Origin: an uncultured delta proteobacterium | Lineage (GTDB): Bacteria; Desulfobacterota; Binatia; Binatales; Binataceae | Direction of reading: 5' to 3' | DNA length: 64,000 bases | Assembly: GCA_963842085.1 (NCBI GenBank) | Contig: CAWJET010000002.1 | Coordinates: 1,120,001-1,184,000, forward strand | Shown: positions 1 through 9,370 of the stretch, piece after piece | How positions within the stretch are numbered: the first letter of the stretch is position 1 | Layout: the number at the start of each line of letters is the position of its first letter | Translations under genes and position numbers: made by a program | The notes under the pieces: model-generated | Database searches by the model: none | Seen by the model: only the letters and a program-made list of their open reading frames with translations | What the model was told of the DNA's origin: nothing

Positions 1-384
1 GAAGTACTGGTTCCACATGATCTTGGTCGCGACGTCGGGATCGTTGGGATCGAGCAGCGGGAACGGCTGGCCGGCGACGTAGCCGAGCAGGTCGCGATGG
101 TCCGCGCCGAGGCGCACCTGGCCCGAATATTTTTCGGTCGCATCCTGGTACGGCGGCGGCCAATCGACGCGGCTCGAGGCGACGATGTTCATCTGCATCC
201 CCCTGGAGACCGCGATGAACGCGCCCGGACTCAGGAGCGAGCGGACCTGCTCCGCGTTCTTCACCGTGATCACGTCGCCGGGTTTGACCTGGGCACGAGC
301 CGGAGCGAAGACCAATGTCAGCGCGGAAAAAACTGCGATGACGGACAGCGACACCGGGAAGCGGCGTCCGTTCGGTTTTTTCAT
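1..384 (-). CDS. DUF1329-like secreted protein (partial; runs off the window)
   Basis: Manual translation from the ATG at 384: MKKPNGRRFPVSLSVIAVFSALTLVFAPARAQVKPGDVIT...YQDATEKYSGQVRL...GYVAGQPFPLLDPNDPDVATKIMWN. Signal peptide plus a G.PFP..DP...K.MWN motif typical of DUF1329. Confidence 0.7.
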   Translation of the reverse strand, partial: MKKPNGRRFPVSLSVIAVFSALTLVFAPARAQVKPGDVITVKNAEQVRSLLSPGAFIAVSRGMQMNIVASSRVDWPPPYQDATEKYSGQVRLGADHRDLLGYVAGQPFPLLDPNDPDVATKIMWNQYF

Positions 385-395
385 ATTTTAAAGTA

Positions 396-1055
396 TCACT
401 TTAACTCGACGGCGACCTGCCGGTAGCGTTCTGTTCCGAGATTGACGAACCAGCGATGCGTACCTTTGGGAAACCATAGCACCCGGCCCGCCGGAATCGA
501 TTCCTCGTGCGAGCGTTCGTCGCTGTCGCCGGCGCGCTCGACGATCCTTACCGGTCCGCCTTCGGCGACGTACACCGCCGTGTCGTGCGACCATCGGCGC
601 ACACCGCTTTGTCCGCCCGGCGCGAGCGTGGTTTCGGAAACGCGGACGCGCGCGTTGTCGAGAATCGTAATCGTGCCGGGCTCCGGCTCCTTGCCCGCGA
701 CCGCCTCGCATCCGACGAATCCCAGCTTTTCGCGGCCTGGTTTTGCCGGCCGCTTGAGCTCGAACAGCGCCTCGAAAAATCGCGTGTCGCCCATGTTGTG
801 CGCGCTCTCGATTCCTCCCGCGGGAACAAAGTACGTCGCGCGCGCCTTGACCGGAAACGGCACCATCTTGTGGCCGCCGGGCGACTGCGCGCCCACGTTC
901 GCGCCCGACAGAATGAACAACACGTAGTCCATGGTATGATGATGCAGTCCGCAGACCGCACCGGGCGCCAGATCCATCTCCCACACACGCACGTCGTCGT
1001 TGTCGAAAATCATCCGCGTCGCGACCGGACCGTATTCATTCGCCTGCTTGCTCAT
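396..1055 (-). CDS. Tandem cupin-domain protein
   Basis: Two repeats (FDNDDVRVWEMDLAPG...HHH and LDNARVRVSETTLAPGG...H). Start moved to the ATG at 1055, which follows a GAGGAGG RBS. Confidence 0.7.
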   Translation of the reverse strand: MSKQANEYGPVATRMIFDNDDVRVWEMDLAPGAVCGLHHHTMDYVLFILSGANVGAQSPGGHKMVPFPVKARATYFVPAGGIESAHNMGDTRFFEALFELKRPAKPGREKLGFVGCEAVAGKEPEPGTITILDNARVRVSETTLAPGGQSGVRRWSHDTAVYVAEGGPVRIVERAGDSDERSHEESIPAGRVLWFPKGTHRWFVNLGTERYRQVAVELK

Positions 1056-1077
1056 CGCTGTCGGTCCTCCTCGAATT

Positions 1078-1275
1078 TCATTCCTGCTCGAAGCATCCGC
1101 GGTCCGCGCCGCACTCTTGCGCATCGACGGGCCGCCCGTCAGGCCCCACCGGCCGCTGCGTCTTGAGGCAGGTGTAGCACGCCGTCGAGTCGTCGGGCTT
1201 GAAGATGCGCTCGCCGTCGGGCGTGCGGTAGTACGCGGTCTTGGTGCGCAGGAGCGCGCAGAATGGCGAGGCCAT
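1078..1275 (-). CDS. Small Cys-rich protein (65 aa, 5 Cys) in the molybdoenzyme operon
   Basis: Starts 1 nt after the FAD-subunit stop, with GGAGG upstream. Cys pattern FCALL...CYTCLKT...ECGADRGCF. Confidence 0.7.
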   Translation of the reverse strand: MASPFCALLRTKTAYYRTPDGERIFKPDDSTACYTCLKTQRPVGPDGRPVDAQECGADRGCFEQE

Positions 1276-1276
1276 C

Positions 1277-2269
1277 TTATGCAGCCTCCAGGGCGGCCGC
1301 GCTCATGATCGCGCGGCGCACGATCACCTTCGCAATCACCACCTTGTACGCGTTGTCGGACATCGGCTGCGCATCCTTCAGCGCGGCTTCGGCCGCGGCG
1401 CGCGCGCGCGACTCGTCGAGCGGCCCGCCCTTGAGCGCCGCTTCCGACTCGGGTGATCGCCACGGGATAGGCGCCACCGCGCCCATGACAACGCGCGCAT
1501 CGCGGACAGTCCTGGCGCCGGGCACGCGCTCGAGCGCAATCGCGACGCTGACCAGCGGCCAATCGAAGCTCTGCTTCTCGCGCGCCTCCAGATAATGGCT
1601 GCGCACGCCCGCGGACGGCGCAGGCACGATCACTTCGGTGATTATTTCGCCGGGTTTGAGCGAATTTTCGCGCTTTGGATCGACTGTCGGAAGCGTGAAA
1701 AATTTCTCGAGCTCAACGGTGCGCTCGCCGCCTGGGCCAACGATGGTCGCGCTCGCGCGCATCGCGATCAGCGCGGGCGCAAGATTCGACGGATGCACGA
1801 TGAACGACGGACCGCCGCCCAGGATAGCGTGATAACGATTTAGCCCGCCGATCGAGTAGCAGGTGTCACCGCCCTTCTTCAGACAATTCGCGTCAGGATT
1901 GCGAAAGTACCAGCAGCGCGGGCGCTGCAGGATATTGCCGCCGACGGTGCCGAGATTGCGAATCTGCGGCGTCGCCGCCTCGCCCGCGGCCTCGGCAATC
2001 GCGGTGAACTTTGCGCGGATCGCGGGATGCTCGGCGACTTCGCTCAGCTTCGCCGTCGCGCCGAGGCGAAGATCGCCGGACGGGCGCACCTCTATTCCGC
2101 CGAGTTCCTTCAGGCCCTTGAGATTCACCAGCGCGGTCGGAGATACGATGCTCTGCTTCGACAGATCGACGACATCGACACCGCCCGCCAATGCGACGTG
2201 GCCGTCTTCCGCCAGCAGCCGCGAGGCGCTCGCGAGGTCGGCCGGCGTGATCACTTCGAATCGGTTCAT
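1277..2269 (-). CDS. Xanthine dehydrogenase/PaoB(YagS)-type FAD-binding subunit
   Basis: AGGVD and ATPQIRNLGTVGGN motifs, a QRPRCWYFR...C...C Fe-S insert, and a MGAVAPIPWR C-terminal motif. Confidence 0.92.
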   Translation of the reverse strand: MNRFEVITPADLASASRLLAEDGHVALAGGVDVVDLSKQSIVSPTALVNLKGLKELGGIEVRPSGDLRLGATAKLSEVAEHPAIRAKFTAIAEAAGEAATPQIRNLGTVGGNILQRPRCWYFRNPDANCLKKGGDTCYSIGGLNRYHAILGGGPSFIVHPSNLAPALIAMRASATIVGPGGERTVELEKFFTLPTVDPKRENSLKPGEIITEVIVPAPSAGVRSHYLEAREKQSFDWPLVSVAIALERVPGARTVRDARVVMGAVAPIPWRSPESEAALKGGPLDESRARAAAEAALKDAQPMSDNAYKVVIAKVIVRRAIMSAAALEAA

Positions 2270-2285
2270 CGCAATTCCAAATCGT

Positions 2286-4493
2286 TCACGCGGGTCCCAG
2301 CGCCGCCAGCACGCGATCGGGCGTCATCGGCAGCGAGCGCACCGGCACGCCGATCGCGTCGTACACCGCGCAGGCGACCGCGGCCGTGCTCGCGACGTGC
2401 GCCACCTCGCCGAGGCCCATCACGCCGGTGTTGGTGATGCCGTTGGCGACTTCGAAAAACGTCACATCGATCTGCGGCACGTCGAGCGCGCCGAGCAGCT
2501 TGTAGTCGTCCATCGTCGGATTCACCATGATGCCGAGCTGCGGGTCCATCCGGCGATCCTCGAACAGCGCGTAGCCGATTCCCATCAGGACGCCGCCGTT
2601 GACCTGGCTGCGCGCCGTCAGCGGATCGATGATGCGTCCCGCATCGTGGACCGCGACCACGTGCGTCACGCGCACGATTCCGGTTTCGGTGTCGACTTCG
2701 ACTTCGGCGAACTGGCATCCCGCCTGGTCGGTGCGAAAGCCGCCGTAGTTGGGCACGCGCTCGCCCTGCGCGGAAATCGAATCGCCGGGAATTCGCTTGC
2801 ACACGTCAGTGAACGAAATGGCGCGCGAGGGATTGGTGCGCACGCGAATCGTTTCGCCCGCGGCTTCAAGGTCGCCCGGCTCAGCGCCGAGGATCGGCGC
2901 CGCGAGCCGAAACAGCTTGTCCTTGAGATGCGCCGCAGCCTGGCGCACGGCGGGCGTGTTCGACGGCGCGCTAAGGCTGCCGCCGCTCGGCACTGAGAAA
3001 AGAAAGCGCGTATCGCCGATTTCGGATTTCACACGATCGACCGGCAGGCCGAGCTCTTCGGCCGCGATAATCGCGAGAATCGAGCGCGTGCCGGTGCCGA
3101 TATCCTGGGTGCCGACGCGGACCTCAACCGTGCCGTCGCGATGCGCGATCGCTTGCGCTTCGGGGCCTGATACTCCGACCGCATGCCACTCGGCCGACGC
3201 GACGCCGACCCCGCGCTTGACGGGACCAATGGATTTTGGCGACGAATTTTTTTCAACCCATCCGAACGCGCGCGCGCCAATATCGTATTCGGCGGCGCGG
3301 ACCGGGTTGTCGCTGTTGCGCCGGCGGAACTCGAGCCGGTCGATTCCCGCCTTGCGCGCCATCTCGTCCATCGCGAGTTCCAGCGCGAAGCATCCTTGCG
3401 GCCATCCGGGCGCGCGCATCGGCGACGACGGACCCGCGTTCGTATAGATGTTGCGCTCCTGGGTGCGGATATTCGCGCATCGATAGATTGACCTGAACGG
3501 GCCCGCGCTGCCCGCGCCGCCGCCGATCCCCCCGCTTCCGCGTGTCACCAGATCGATCGCGGTCAACCTGCCGTCGCGATCGACGCCCAGCTTGACCTTC
3601 TGCACCGAGTTCGGACGGTTACCCGTCGAACGATGCTCGTCGCCGCGCGGGAGCATCACCTTCACCGGCACTCCGGCAGCCTTGGCCAGCCGCGCGGCAG
3701 CGATTATTTCAGGGGTCGCACCGAATTTCGATCCGAAGCCGCCGCCAAGATATTCGCAGACCACGCGCACGCTGTCGGGCGGCAGGCTGAAGTATACGGC
3801 CAGGTCGTCGCGCACCGAAAAAATGCCCTGGGTCGAGCACCAGACCGTGAGCTGGTCTCCCGCCGCGTTGAAGCTCGCGACCGCGCCATGCGTCTCGAGA
3901 CAGACATGAGTCTGCACGGCCGTCGTGTAGGTGGCCTCGATCGTGTTTGCTGCGACCTCGAGTCCGCGCGGCACATCGCCGACGCTCGAGCTCGAAATCC
4001 TGCCGACGTTGGATCTGCTGCCGAAAACGCGCGGCGCCGAATCCGCCATCGCGGCGTCCATATCGACCACGAACGGCAGCGTTTCGTAATCGACTTTGAT
4101 CAACTTGAGGGCGTCGGCCGCGATATCTGAACTGAGCGCTGCGACCGCGGCGACTTCCTGGCCGGCGAAGCGGATTTCGCGATTGTCAAGCGCAAGCGCC
4201 GCGCGCACGCCGGCAAGATGCTGAGCGGCGGACAGATCGATGTTGCGAATCCGCGCGTGCGGCCACGGACTGCGCAGGATCGCGCCGAAAAGCATCCCGG
4301 GCAATTCGATATCGTAGGTGTAACGCGCTGCGCCGGTCGCTTTCAGCGGTCCGTCCACGCGCGGCGCGGGCTTGCCGACCACTGACAGGCGATCGCCCCA
4401 ATCCCACGGAGTCGGCTCGTCGTCGGGAATTACGACCGTGACGTCGCGCGTGTTGCCCTGGAAGCCGAGGTTGAGCGTGACGCGCCGCGACAT
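2286..4493 (-). CDS. Xanthine dehydrogenase/PaoC(YagR)-type molybdopterin-binding subunit
   Basis: RVDGPLKATGAARYTYD, GGGFGSK, MRAPG, QDIGTG and GLGE motifs. Start at ATG 4493 overlaps the upstream stop. Confidence 0.93.
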   Translation of the reverse strand: MSRRVTLNLGFQGNTRDVTVVIPDDEPTPWDWGDRLSVVGKPAPRVDGPLKATGAARYTYDIELPGMLFGAILRSPWPHARIRNIDLSAAQHLAGVRAALALDNREIRFAGQEVAAVAALSSDIAADALKLIKVDYETLPFVVDMDAAMADSAPRVFGSRSNVGRISSSSVGDVPRGLEVAANTIEATYTTAVQTHVCLETHGAVASFNAAGDQLTVWCSTQGIFSVRDDLAVYFSLPPDSVRVVCEYLGGGFGSKFGATPEIIAAARLAKAAGVPVKVMLPRGDEHRSTGNRPNSVQKVKLGVDRDGRLTAIDLVTRGSGGIGGGAGSAGPFRSIYRCANIRTQERNIYTNAGPSSPMRAPGWPQGCFALELAMDEMARKAGIDRLEFRRRNSDNPVRAAEYDIGARAFGWVEKNSSPKSIGPVKRGVGVASAEWHAVGVSGPEAQAIAHRDGTVEVRVGTQDIGTGTRSILAIIAAEELGLPVDRVKSEIGDTRFLFSVPSGGSLSAPSNTPAVRQAAAHLKDKLFRLAAPILGAEPGDLEAAGETIRVRTNPSRAISFTDVCKRIPGDSISAQGERVPNYGGFRTDQAGCQFAEVEVDTETGIVRVTHVVAVHDAGRIIDPLTARSQVNGGVLMGIGYALFEDRRMDPQLGIMVNPTMDDYKLLGALDVPQIDVTFFEVANGITNTGVMGLGEVAHVASTAAVACAVYDAIGVPVRSLPMTPDRVLAALGPA

Positions 4494-5152
4494 CAGTCGT
4501 CCCTCGCGACGCGAAAGGGAGGTCCGCCCGGCTTTGCAGCTTTCAGAGCGGCCGCGAAGACGTGCGGGTAAGTGCCGCATCGGCAGATATTTCCTGCGGT
4601 CGCGTGCTTGATTTCTTCAGTCGTCGCAGCGGGATTGCGCTGGAGCGCGGCCGCCACCGACATCACCATCCCGGGCGTGCAGAACCCGCATTGCTGCGCG
4701 TCGCTCTCGACGAACGCAGCCTGCACCGGATGCATATTCGACGGCGCGCCGAGACCTTCGATAGTCGTGATTCGGTGACCGCGCGCGTCGATCGCCAGCA
4801 CCATGCACGAGGTTACGGGTTTGCCGTCGAGATGCACGGTGCATGCGCCGCACGCGCCGCGATCGCAGGCCAGCTTGGCGCCAGTGAGCCCAAGATGCTC
4901 GCGCAGCGCACTCAGCAGCGTGACGCGCGGCTCGATCTCGAGCGTCGCGGGCTTGCCGTTGATGTTAAGTTCGATGGTCGCGGCTCCAGGCCCGAACTGT
5001 TCGGCGACGCCGGCGGGCAGCGTCTTTTGATCGGCGGCTGCCGGCCGAACGCGCACCAGTCCTGCGGCGGCAGCAACCGCACCGGCGCCCTTGATGAAAG
5101 AGCGGCGGCTGATGGCGTGCGGCTTGCGGGGCTTGCGATCGTCGCGATTCAT
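4493..5152 (-). CDS. [2Fe-2S] subunit (PaoA/YagT-type) with Tat signal peptide
   Basis: SRRSFIK twin-arginine motif; CDRGACGACTV, QCGFCTPG and CRCG motifs. Confidence 0.93.
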   Translation of the reverse strand: MNRDDRKPRKPHAISRRSFIKGAGAVAAAAGLVRVRPAAADQKTLPAGVAEQFGPGAATIELNINGKPATLEIEPRVTLLSALREHLGLTGAKLACDRGACGACTVHLDGKPVTSCMVLAIDARGHRITTIEGLGAPSNMHPVQAAFVESDAQQCGFCTPGMVMSVAAALQRNPAATTEEIKHATAGNICRCGTYPHVFAAALKAAKPGGPPFRVARDD

Positions 5153-5703
5153 TTGGAGGTTGCGTCAGCGGTGTCGCCAGCAGGCACGGCGGTCATGAAG
5201 ATAGCAATCGCCACACCGAATAGGATCATGCCGACTGGAAGCGCGAACGCCGCGATTTTGATCGAGTAAACGCCCGCCGTCAGAAGCTTGTCAAGGAACA
5301 TTCCGGTGTCGTAGCGGAAGCGGTCGATGAGCCATTCGTGGGCGGGTGCGCCGCTGGTGAATCTGAAACGGGCAACTTCGGCGCCGACGCGCCCGACGAT
5401 CGGCAGCACCAGGGCGCTGACAATCACCGCGGCCATCATTGAGCGGTACCGCAGCTCCGCGCCATGCACCAGCCGCGCGCCGAGGCGAATTCCGATCAAC
5501 ATTCCGACGGCCGCCGCGGCGCACTCGACAATTGCGAACTCGTTGGAATTCCACCAGGCGCCAAACGATGGATTGAAGTAGCGCACGGCAATATGCGCGC
5601 CCGACCCGTAGCTGAGTGTGGAGATGACGCCGAGCAAGATTGCGAGCGCCGTGAGCCGTTGCATCCAGCCCGGGGTTCGGCCTGGCTTTTTCTTTCGTGG
5701 CAT
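5149..5703 (-). CDS. Hypothetical membrane protein (~4 TM)
   Basis: Hydrophobic segments; stop overlaps the start of the 2Fe-2S gene. Confidence 0.6.
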   Translation of the reverse strand: MPRKKKPGRTPGWMQRLTALAILLGVISTLSYGSGAHIAVRYFNPSFGAWWNSNEFAIVECAAAAVGMLIGIRLGARLVHGAELRYRSMMAAVIVSALVLPIVGRVGAEVARFRFTSGAPAHEWLIDRFRYDTGMFLDKLLTAGVYSIKIAAFALPVGMILFGVAIAIFMTAVPAGDTADATSK

Positions 5704-5713
5704 CCGGGAACCT

Positions 5714-6199
5714 TCAGGGAATCGACGCGATAATCGCGCCGGTGCCGCGCGAGAGTCCGAGCGAGAGATAGACAATCAACAATACGATCAAGCCTACCGT
5801 CAGCCCGACGCGGCGAAAGCGCGCCTGCAGGTCTGCAACTTCCGGACTCGGACCGGCAGCCGAGGTCCGCCAGATTTGAACGCCGAGGTTTCCATACTGA
5901 TAGAGCGCGAGGCCGATAACGACCACCACGAGAATCAACTTGATCGCGAGCACAATCGAAACGCCGCCAATGAAGAGCACGTTGAAGATGCCGGTTACAA
6001 CCAGCACCGCGAGCGAGCTAAGCACGATCGCGCCGAGGCGGCGGACGATCCGTCGGGCGACGCGCAGCCGCGCGGGCGGGTCGAGTTCCGCCGCCAGAAC
6101 GGGAGCGAGCGCGAAAGTGCTGAACAGCGAGCCGCCGAGCGCAACGATCACTGCGACGACATGCACGAACAGCACGGCGAAGCGCAGAGTAAGCATCAA
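5714..6199 (-). CDS. CopD/DUF4149-like 4-TM membrane protein
   Basis: FVHVVAVIVALGGSLF...LAP, VVTG and KLILV motifs. Confidence 0.6.
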   Translation of the reverse strand: MMLTLRFAVLFVHVVAVIVALGGSLFSTFALAPVLAAELDPPARLRVARRIVRRLGAIVLSSLAVLVVTGIFNVLFIGGVSIVLAIKLILVVVVIGLALYQYGNLGVQIWRTSAAGPSPEVADLQARFRRVGLTVGLIVLLIVYLSLGLSRGTGAIIASIP

Positions 6200-6227
6200 G
6201 CAATGAATACTACAGATCGCGGCGGCC

Positions 6228-7343
6228 CTAGAAATCTCGTCGATAAGTCACGAAGTTGCCGGTGACGTGCGCGCCCAGGCTGAGCGCGGTGCGGCGCGAG
6301 GCCCAGTTGTCGTCGAGGACGAGAGTATAGCCGGCAAAGCGCATCCTGCGCCGCGCCATCGCGAGGAACGATCGTGCCGCCATCGCAACCGCCACCCCGC
6401 GTCCACGCGCGCGCTCGACAACTCCGATATTTATCAGCGCGCCGCGAGTGCCGCCCCCGCGTTCGGGACCGAGCCGGAAGCCCCGGCGCACGCGGGCAAG
6501 GGCGGGACTGAGATCGGGCACCGAGAAGACGGCGCCGACGCACTCGCCGCCGACCGTCGCGAGCACCGAGAGGTCGGCGACCGGACTCTCCCACAGCGAC
6601 GTGAGCATCGGACGCACCTCCGCCCGCGTCACGGGATTCCATCCCCAATGGCGATCGAACGCCGCGTTGGTCACGTCGGTCCACGCGTCAATCGCGGCCA
6701 GAAAGCCGTACTCGCGCCAACTCTGAATCGCGACCCCTGCCGTGGCCGCCGCCTCGGCCATCCGGCGATAGCGCGCGATGATTTCAGGCGTTAGCGGCGC
6801 GGTGTAATCAACCTGCCCCTTTTCGGTAACGAAGCCGGCCTCCTTGAAGTAGCGATGGTATGAGGCGGGATTTCCGCGCAGCAGGAACGACGGCAACCCG
6901 TCGTAGTTGTCGATCGCGTAGGGATAATCGAGAAACGCCGCGAAGCCGCTGCGAACGGCGCGCATCCCGCGCTCGCGGAGTGACCCCACGGCCTCGTCGA
7001 GCATCGCGGCCACCGCGATATCCTCGCCCTCAAGAGCCTCGAACTGGATCAACTGCCCGAGTGGCTCGTTCCAGTGCTCGATATAGCGCCGATTGATTAC
7101 CGCGCTGACGCGCGCGACCAGCCGGCCCGCGCGTCGCGCGCAGAAGGGTGTGACTTCGAGGTGCGCCGAGAGCATGCTGCGGTGCGACAGCAGGTCGATC
7201 TCGTTCTGCAGGTCGGGCGGCCACCATGCGTCGCGCTCGCCGTAGACTTGAAATGGCAGGCGCGCGAATTCATCCAACTGCTCGCGGCTCGTCGGACGCT
7301 CGATGCGGACAGTGTCGCCGGATATCTTTGGATTCGCTGCCAT
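6228..7343 (-). CDS. GNAT-fold N-acetyltransferase-like protein (YghO-like)
   Basis: FARLPFQVY..., NPASYHRYFKEAGF, GVVERARGRGVA (acetyl-CoA motif A) and VLDDNWAS. Confidence 0.7.
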   Translation of the reverse strand: MAANPKISGDTVRIERPTSREQLDEFARLPFQVYGERDAWWPPDLQNEIDLLSHRSMLSAHLEVTPFCARRAGRLVARVSAVINRRYIEHWNEPLGQLIQFEALEGEDIAVAAMLDEAVGSLRERGMRAVRSGFAAFLDYPYAIDNYDGLPSFLLRGNPASYHRYFKEAGFVTEKGQVDYTAPLTPEIIARYRRMAEAAATAGVAIQSWREYGFLAAIDAWTDVTNAAFDRHWGWNPVTRAEVRPMLTSLWESPVADLSVLATVGGECVGAVFSVPDLSPALARVRRGFRLGPERGGGTRGALINIGVVERARGRGVAVAMAARSFLAMARRRMRFAGYTLVLDDNWASRRTALSLGAHVTGNFVTYRRDF

Positions 7344-7467
7344 GAGTTGAGCCACATCGCGCGCTCAACATTTCTTATAGCCGCAGAGCGGCAAAAGATC
7401 ATCTCAAAGGCAGAGGAGGAATCTCGAATGGCGCGCGAAATTCGCCTTCCGTGCAACGACATCAGCA

Positions 7468-7568
7468 AAGGACCGCTACGCGATTTCAAAACCGGAACCG
7501 ACTTCGCTCACGCGAAGCTGTCCGAGATCCTTCCTGCCGCTCGCGTTGCTCGCTTCGTCAGGATGACA
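7468..7568. repeat. Dispersed palindromic repeat family B (ends ...CAGGATGACA), copy 1
   Basis: AAGGACCGCTACGCGATTTCAAAACCGGAACCGACTTCGCTCACGCGAAGCTGTCCGAG... closely matches 22641-22741 and, inverted, ~22503-22599. Confidence 0.85.
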
Positions 7569-8373
7569 GAGTGAGCAGGCGGTCAGTCAGCCAGCGCGCG
7601 AGCATTCGATTGATCGCGGCGACGGGATCCTGAATGTCGCCGTCGGCCGCGACGAGGTCGCAAATTTCCGCGAACGTGGCGCCGCGCGAGACTGCCTCGA
7701 GCGCGTCGGCTTCTGCGCGTTCGAGCTCGCGGTGGAGGACCCGCGCGTTGCGCCGCCATACGAGTACCTTGACCGCGCCCTGCTCCGCGGGTTTCCACGG
7801 GCGCTGCTCCTCGACCGCGCGCAACAGCTCTGAGACTCGCCAATCGAGCGCAAGGATTCGCGCTGACGGATGAATTGCGAGCTTCATCGCGGGCCAATCC
7901 TCAGGTGCAATCGCGCGAAGGGAGTCAGGCTCGAGCGCTGCGGCATCGGGACCTTGAAACACCTCGACGACGGCTCGTTCGAGCTTCGCGAGATCCGCGA
8001 CAAACGGCGCGCCGTCGCGCAGCGGATGGTCGCGCAAGTAGTCCGCGAGATGACGTCCGCAATAAGAGATCGACGGCTCGCTCGGTGAATATTCGAGCAG
8101 GTAGCCGGTGACCAGGTTGTGGAAGTTGTCATCGCCGAGGACCGCGAGCGTGCCGGGAAAATCCGCTTTGAGCGCGTCGAGGATGCGGTAGAAATACATG
8201 TTCGCGTAGATGTCCACGCGAGCTTCGGCCGACAGGCGCTCGTCGCCGAGCACGATCGCGTCGAGGCCGCCCGTGCCCAGCTTGCGCTCGGCCGCCAGTC
8301 CCTCGGCGGCGCCGCTAGGCGCGGTGATCAGCCGATAGAGCAGGCTTTGCAGTTCTTTTAGCTGAATCGTCAT
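7558..8373 (-). CDS. DUF2063 / HvfC-BufC-like MNIO partner protein
   Basis: LKELQ...RVDIYANMYFYRILDALKADFP...F...Y...P and ADLAKLE motifs; directly downstream of DUF692. Confidence 0.85.
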   Translation of the reverse strand: MTIQLKELQSLLYRLITAPSGAAEGLAAERKLGTGGLDAIVLGDERLSAEARVDIYANMYFYRILDALKADFPGTLAVLGDDNFHNLVTGYLLEYSPSEPSISYCGRHLADYLRDHPLRDGAPFVADLAKLERAVVEVFQGPDAAALEPDSLRAIAPEDWPAMKLAIHPSARILALDWRVSELLRAVEEQRPWKPAEQGAVKVLVWRRNARVLHRELERAEADALEAVSRGATFAEICDLVAADGDIQDPVAAINRMLARWLTDRLLTLSS

Positions 8374-9208
8374 CGTGTTTAGGAGCTGTGGCGTCGAAAA
8401 TAGCCCGTGCGCGATCCGCGGTCTCAGCCAGCTCCGCGAACTCCGGGATGTTGTCGTCCCACTCGACCAGCGCCGACACCGCGCCGAAGCGCCGTGCCGC
8501 ACGGTCGTACAGCGCCCACACTTCGTCGCGCACCGGATGGTCGTGCGTATCGAGCAGGTGCGTGCCGTGGTCGCTATGCCCGGCGAGATGGTACTGCACG
8601 ACGCGCTCGGCCGGCACCAAGTCAATATACTCATTGCCATCGAAGCGATGGTTGAACGCGCTCACGAAGATATTGTTGATGTCGAGCAGGATGCCGCAAT
8701 CGGCCTCGGCCGCTATGGCGGAAATGAAATCCCACTCGGTCATCGTCGAATCCGCAAACGCCATGTAGCTGGACACATTTTCGATCAGTATCGGGCGTTC
8801 GAGCGCGTCCTGCACATTGCGGATCCGCGCGACGACGTGCCTCAGCGCCTCCTCCGTGTACGGCAGCGGGAGCAAGTCGTGAAGATTGCGCCCGCCTACT
8901 CCTGTCCAGCACAGGTGATCCGAAATCCACGCGGGCTCGAGTCGCCGCGCGAGCTCGCGCAGCTTGTTTAGATAAGTGCGATTCAGCGGATCGGTGGACC
9001 CAATCGACATCGACACGCCATGCATCGCGATTGGATAGTTCGCGCGGACGCCTTCGAGCACTTCGAGCGCGCGGCCGCCCGCGACCATGAAATTCTCGGA
9101 GATGACCTCGAACCAGTCCACCTTGGGACGAGTCTCAAGGACGTAGCTGTAGTGCTGGCGTCTAAGGCCGACGCCGTAGCCAAGCATCGGGAAGTCGGAA
9201 CGTTTCAT
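8315..9208 (-). CDS. DUF692 family multinuclear non-heme iron oxidative enzyme (MNIO; BufB/HvfB-like)
   Basis: GVGLRRQHY, FEVISENF, HGVSMSIG, SDHLCW, LIENVSSY, LLDINN, HLAGH, DTHDHPV and EWD motifs. Confidence 0.95.
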   Translation of the reverse strand: MKRSDFPMLGYGVGLRRQHYSYVLETRPKVDWFEVISENFMVAGGRALEVLEGVRANYPIAMHGVSMSIGSTDPLNRTYLNKLRELARRLEPAWISDHLCWTGVGGRNLHDLLPLPYTEEALRHVVARIRNVQDALERPILIENVSSYMAFADSTMTEWDFISAIAAEADCGILLDINNIFVSAFNHRFDGNEYIDLVPAERVVQYHLAGHSDHGTHLLDTHDHPVRDEVWALYDRAARRFGAVSALVEWDDNIPEFAELAETADRARAIFDATAPKHDDDSAKRTAKPALSADHRA

Positions 9209-9370
9209 TCGTAAACCCGGGCGATCTCCCTGGCTATTGTCGCGTGCCTCGAACCTGCTACAGCCGCATCCCACAGTCTAAACGCCGCTGTCCAACAAGC
9301 GCCAGTGGGAACATTTCACATCTAGCCAAGATTTCAATCATACGGGATGCTATGTTCGTAAATTCGTCAT

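Noticed and set aside
9251-9281. ECF promoter GAACCT...GTCTAA upstream of the sigma gene
   Set aside because: The spacing (19-20 nt) is too long for typical ECF promoters.
9209-9370. Short minus-strand ORF (MIEILARCEMFPLALVGQRRLDCGMRL) as the MNIO precursor
   Set aside because: No RBS, signal peptide or repeated Cys motif; it lies in the divergent promoter region.
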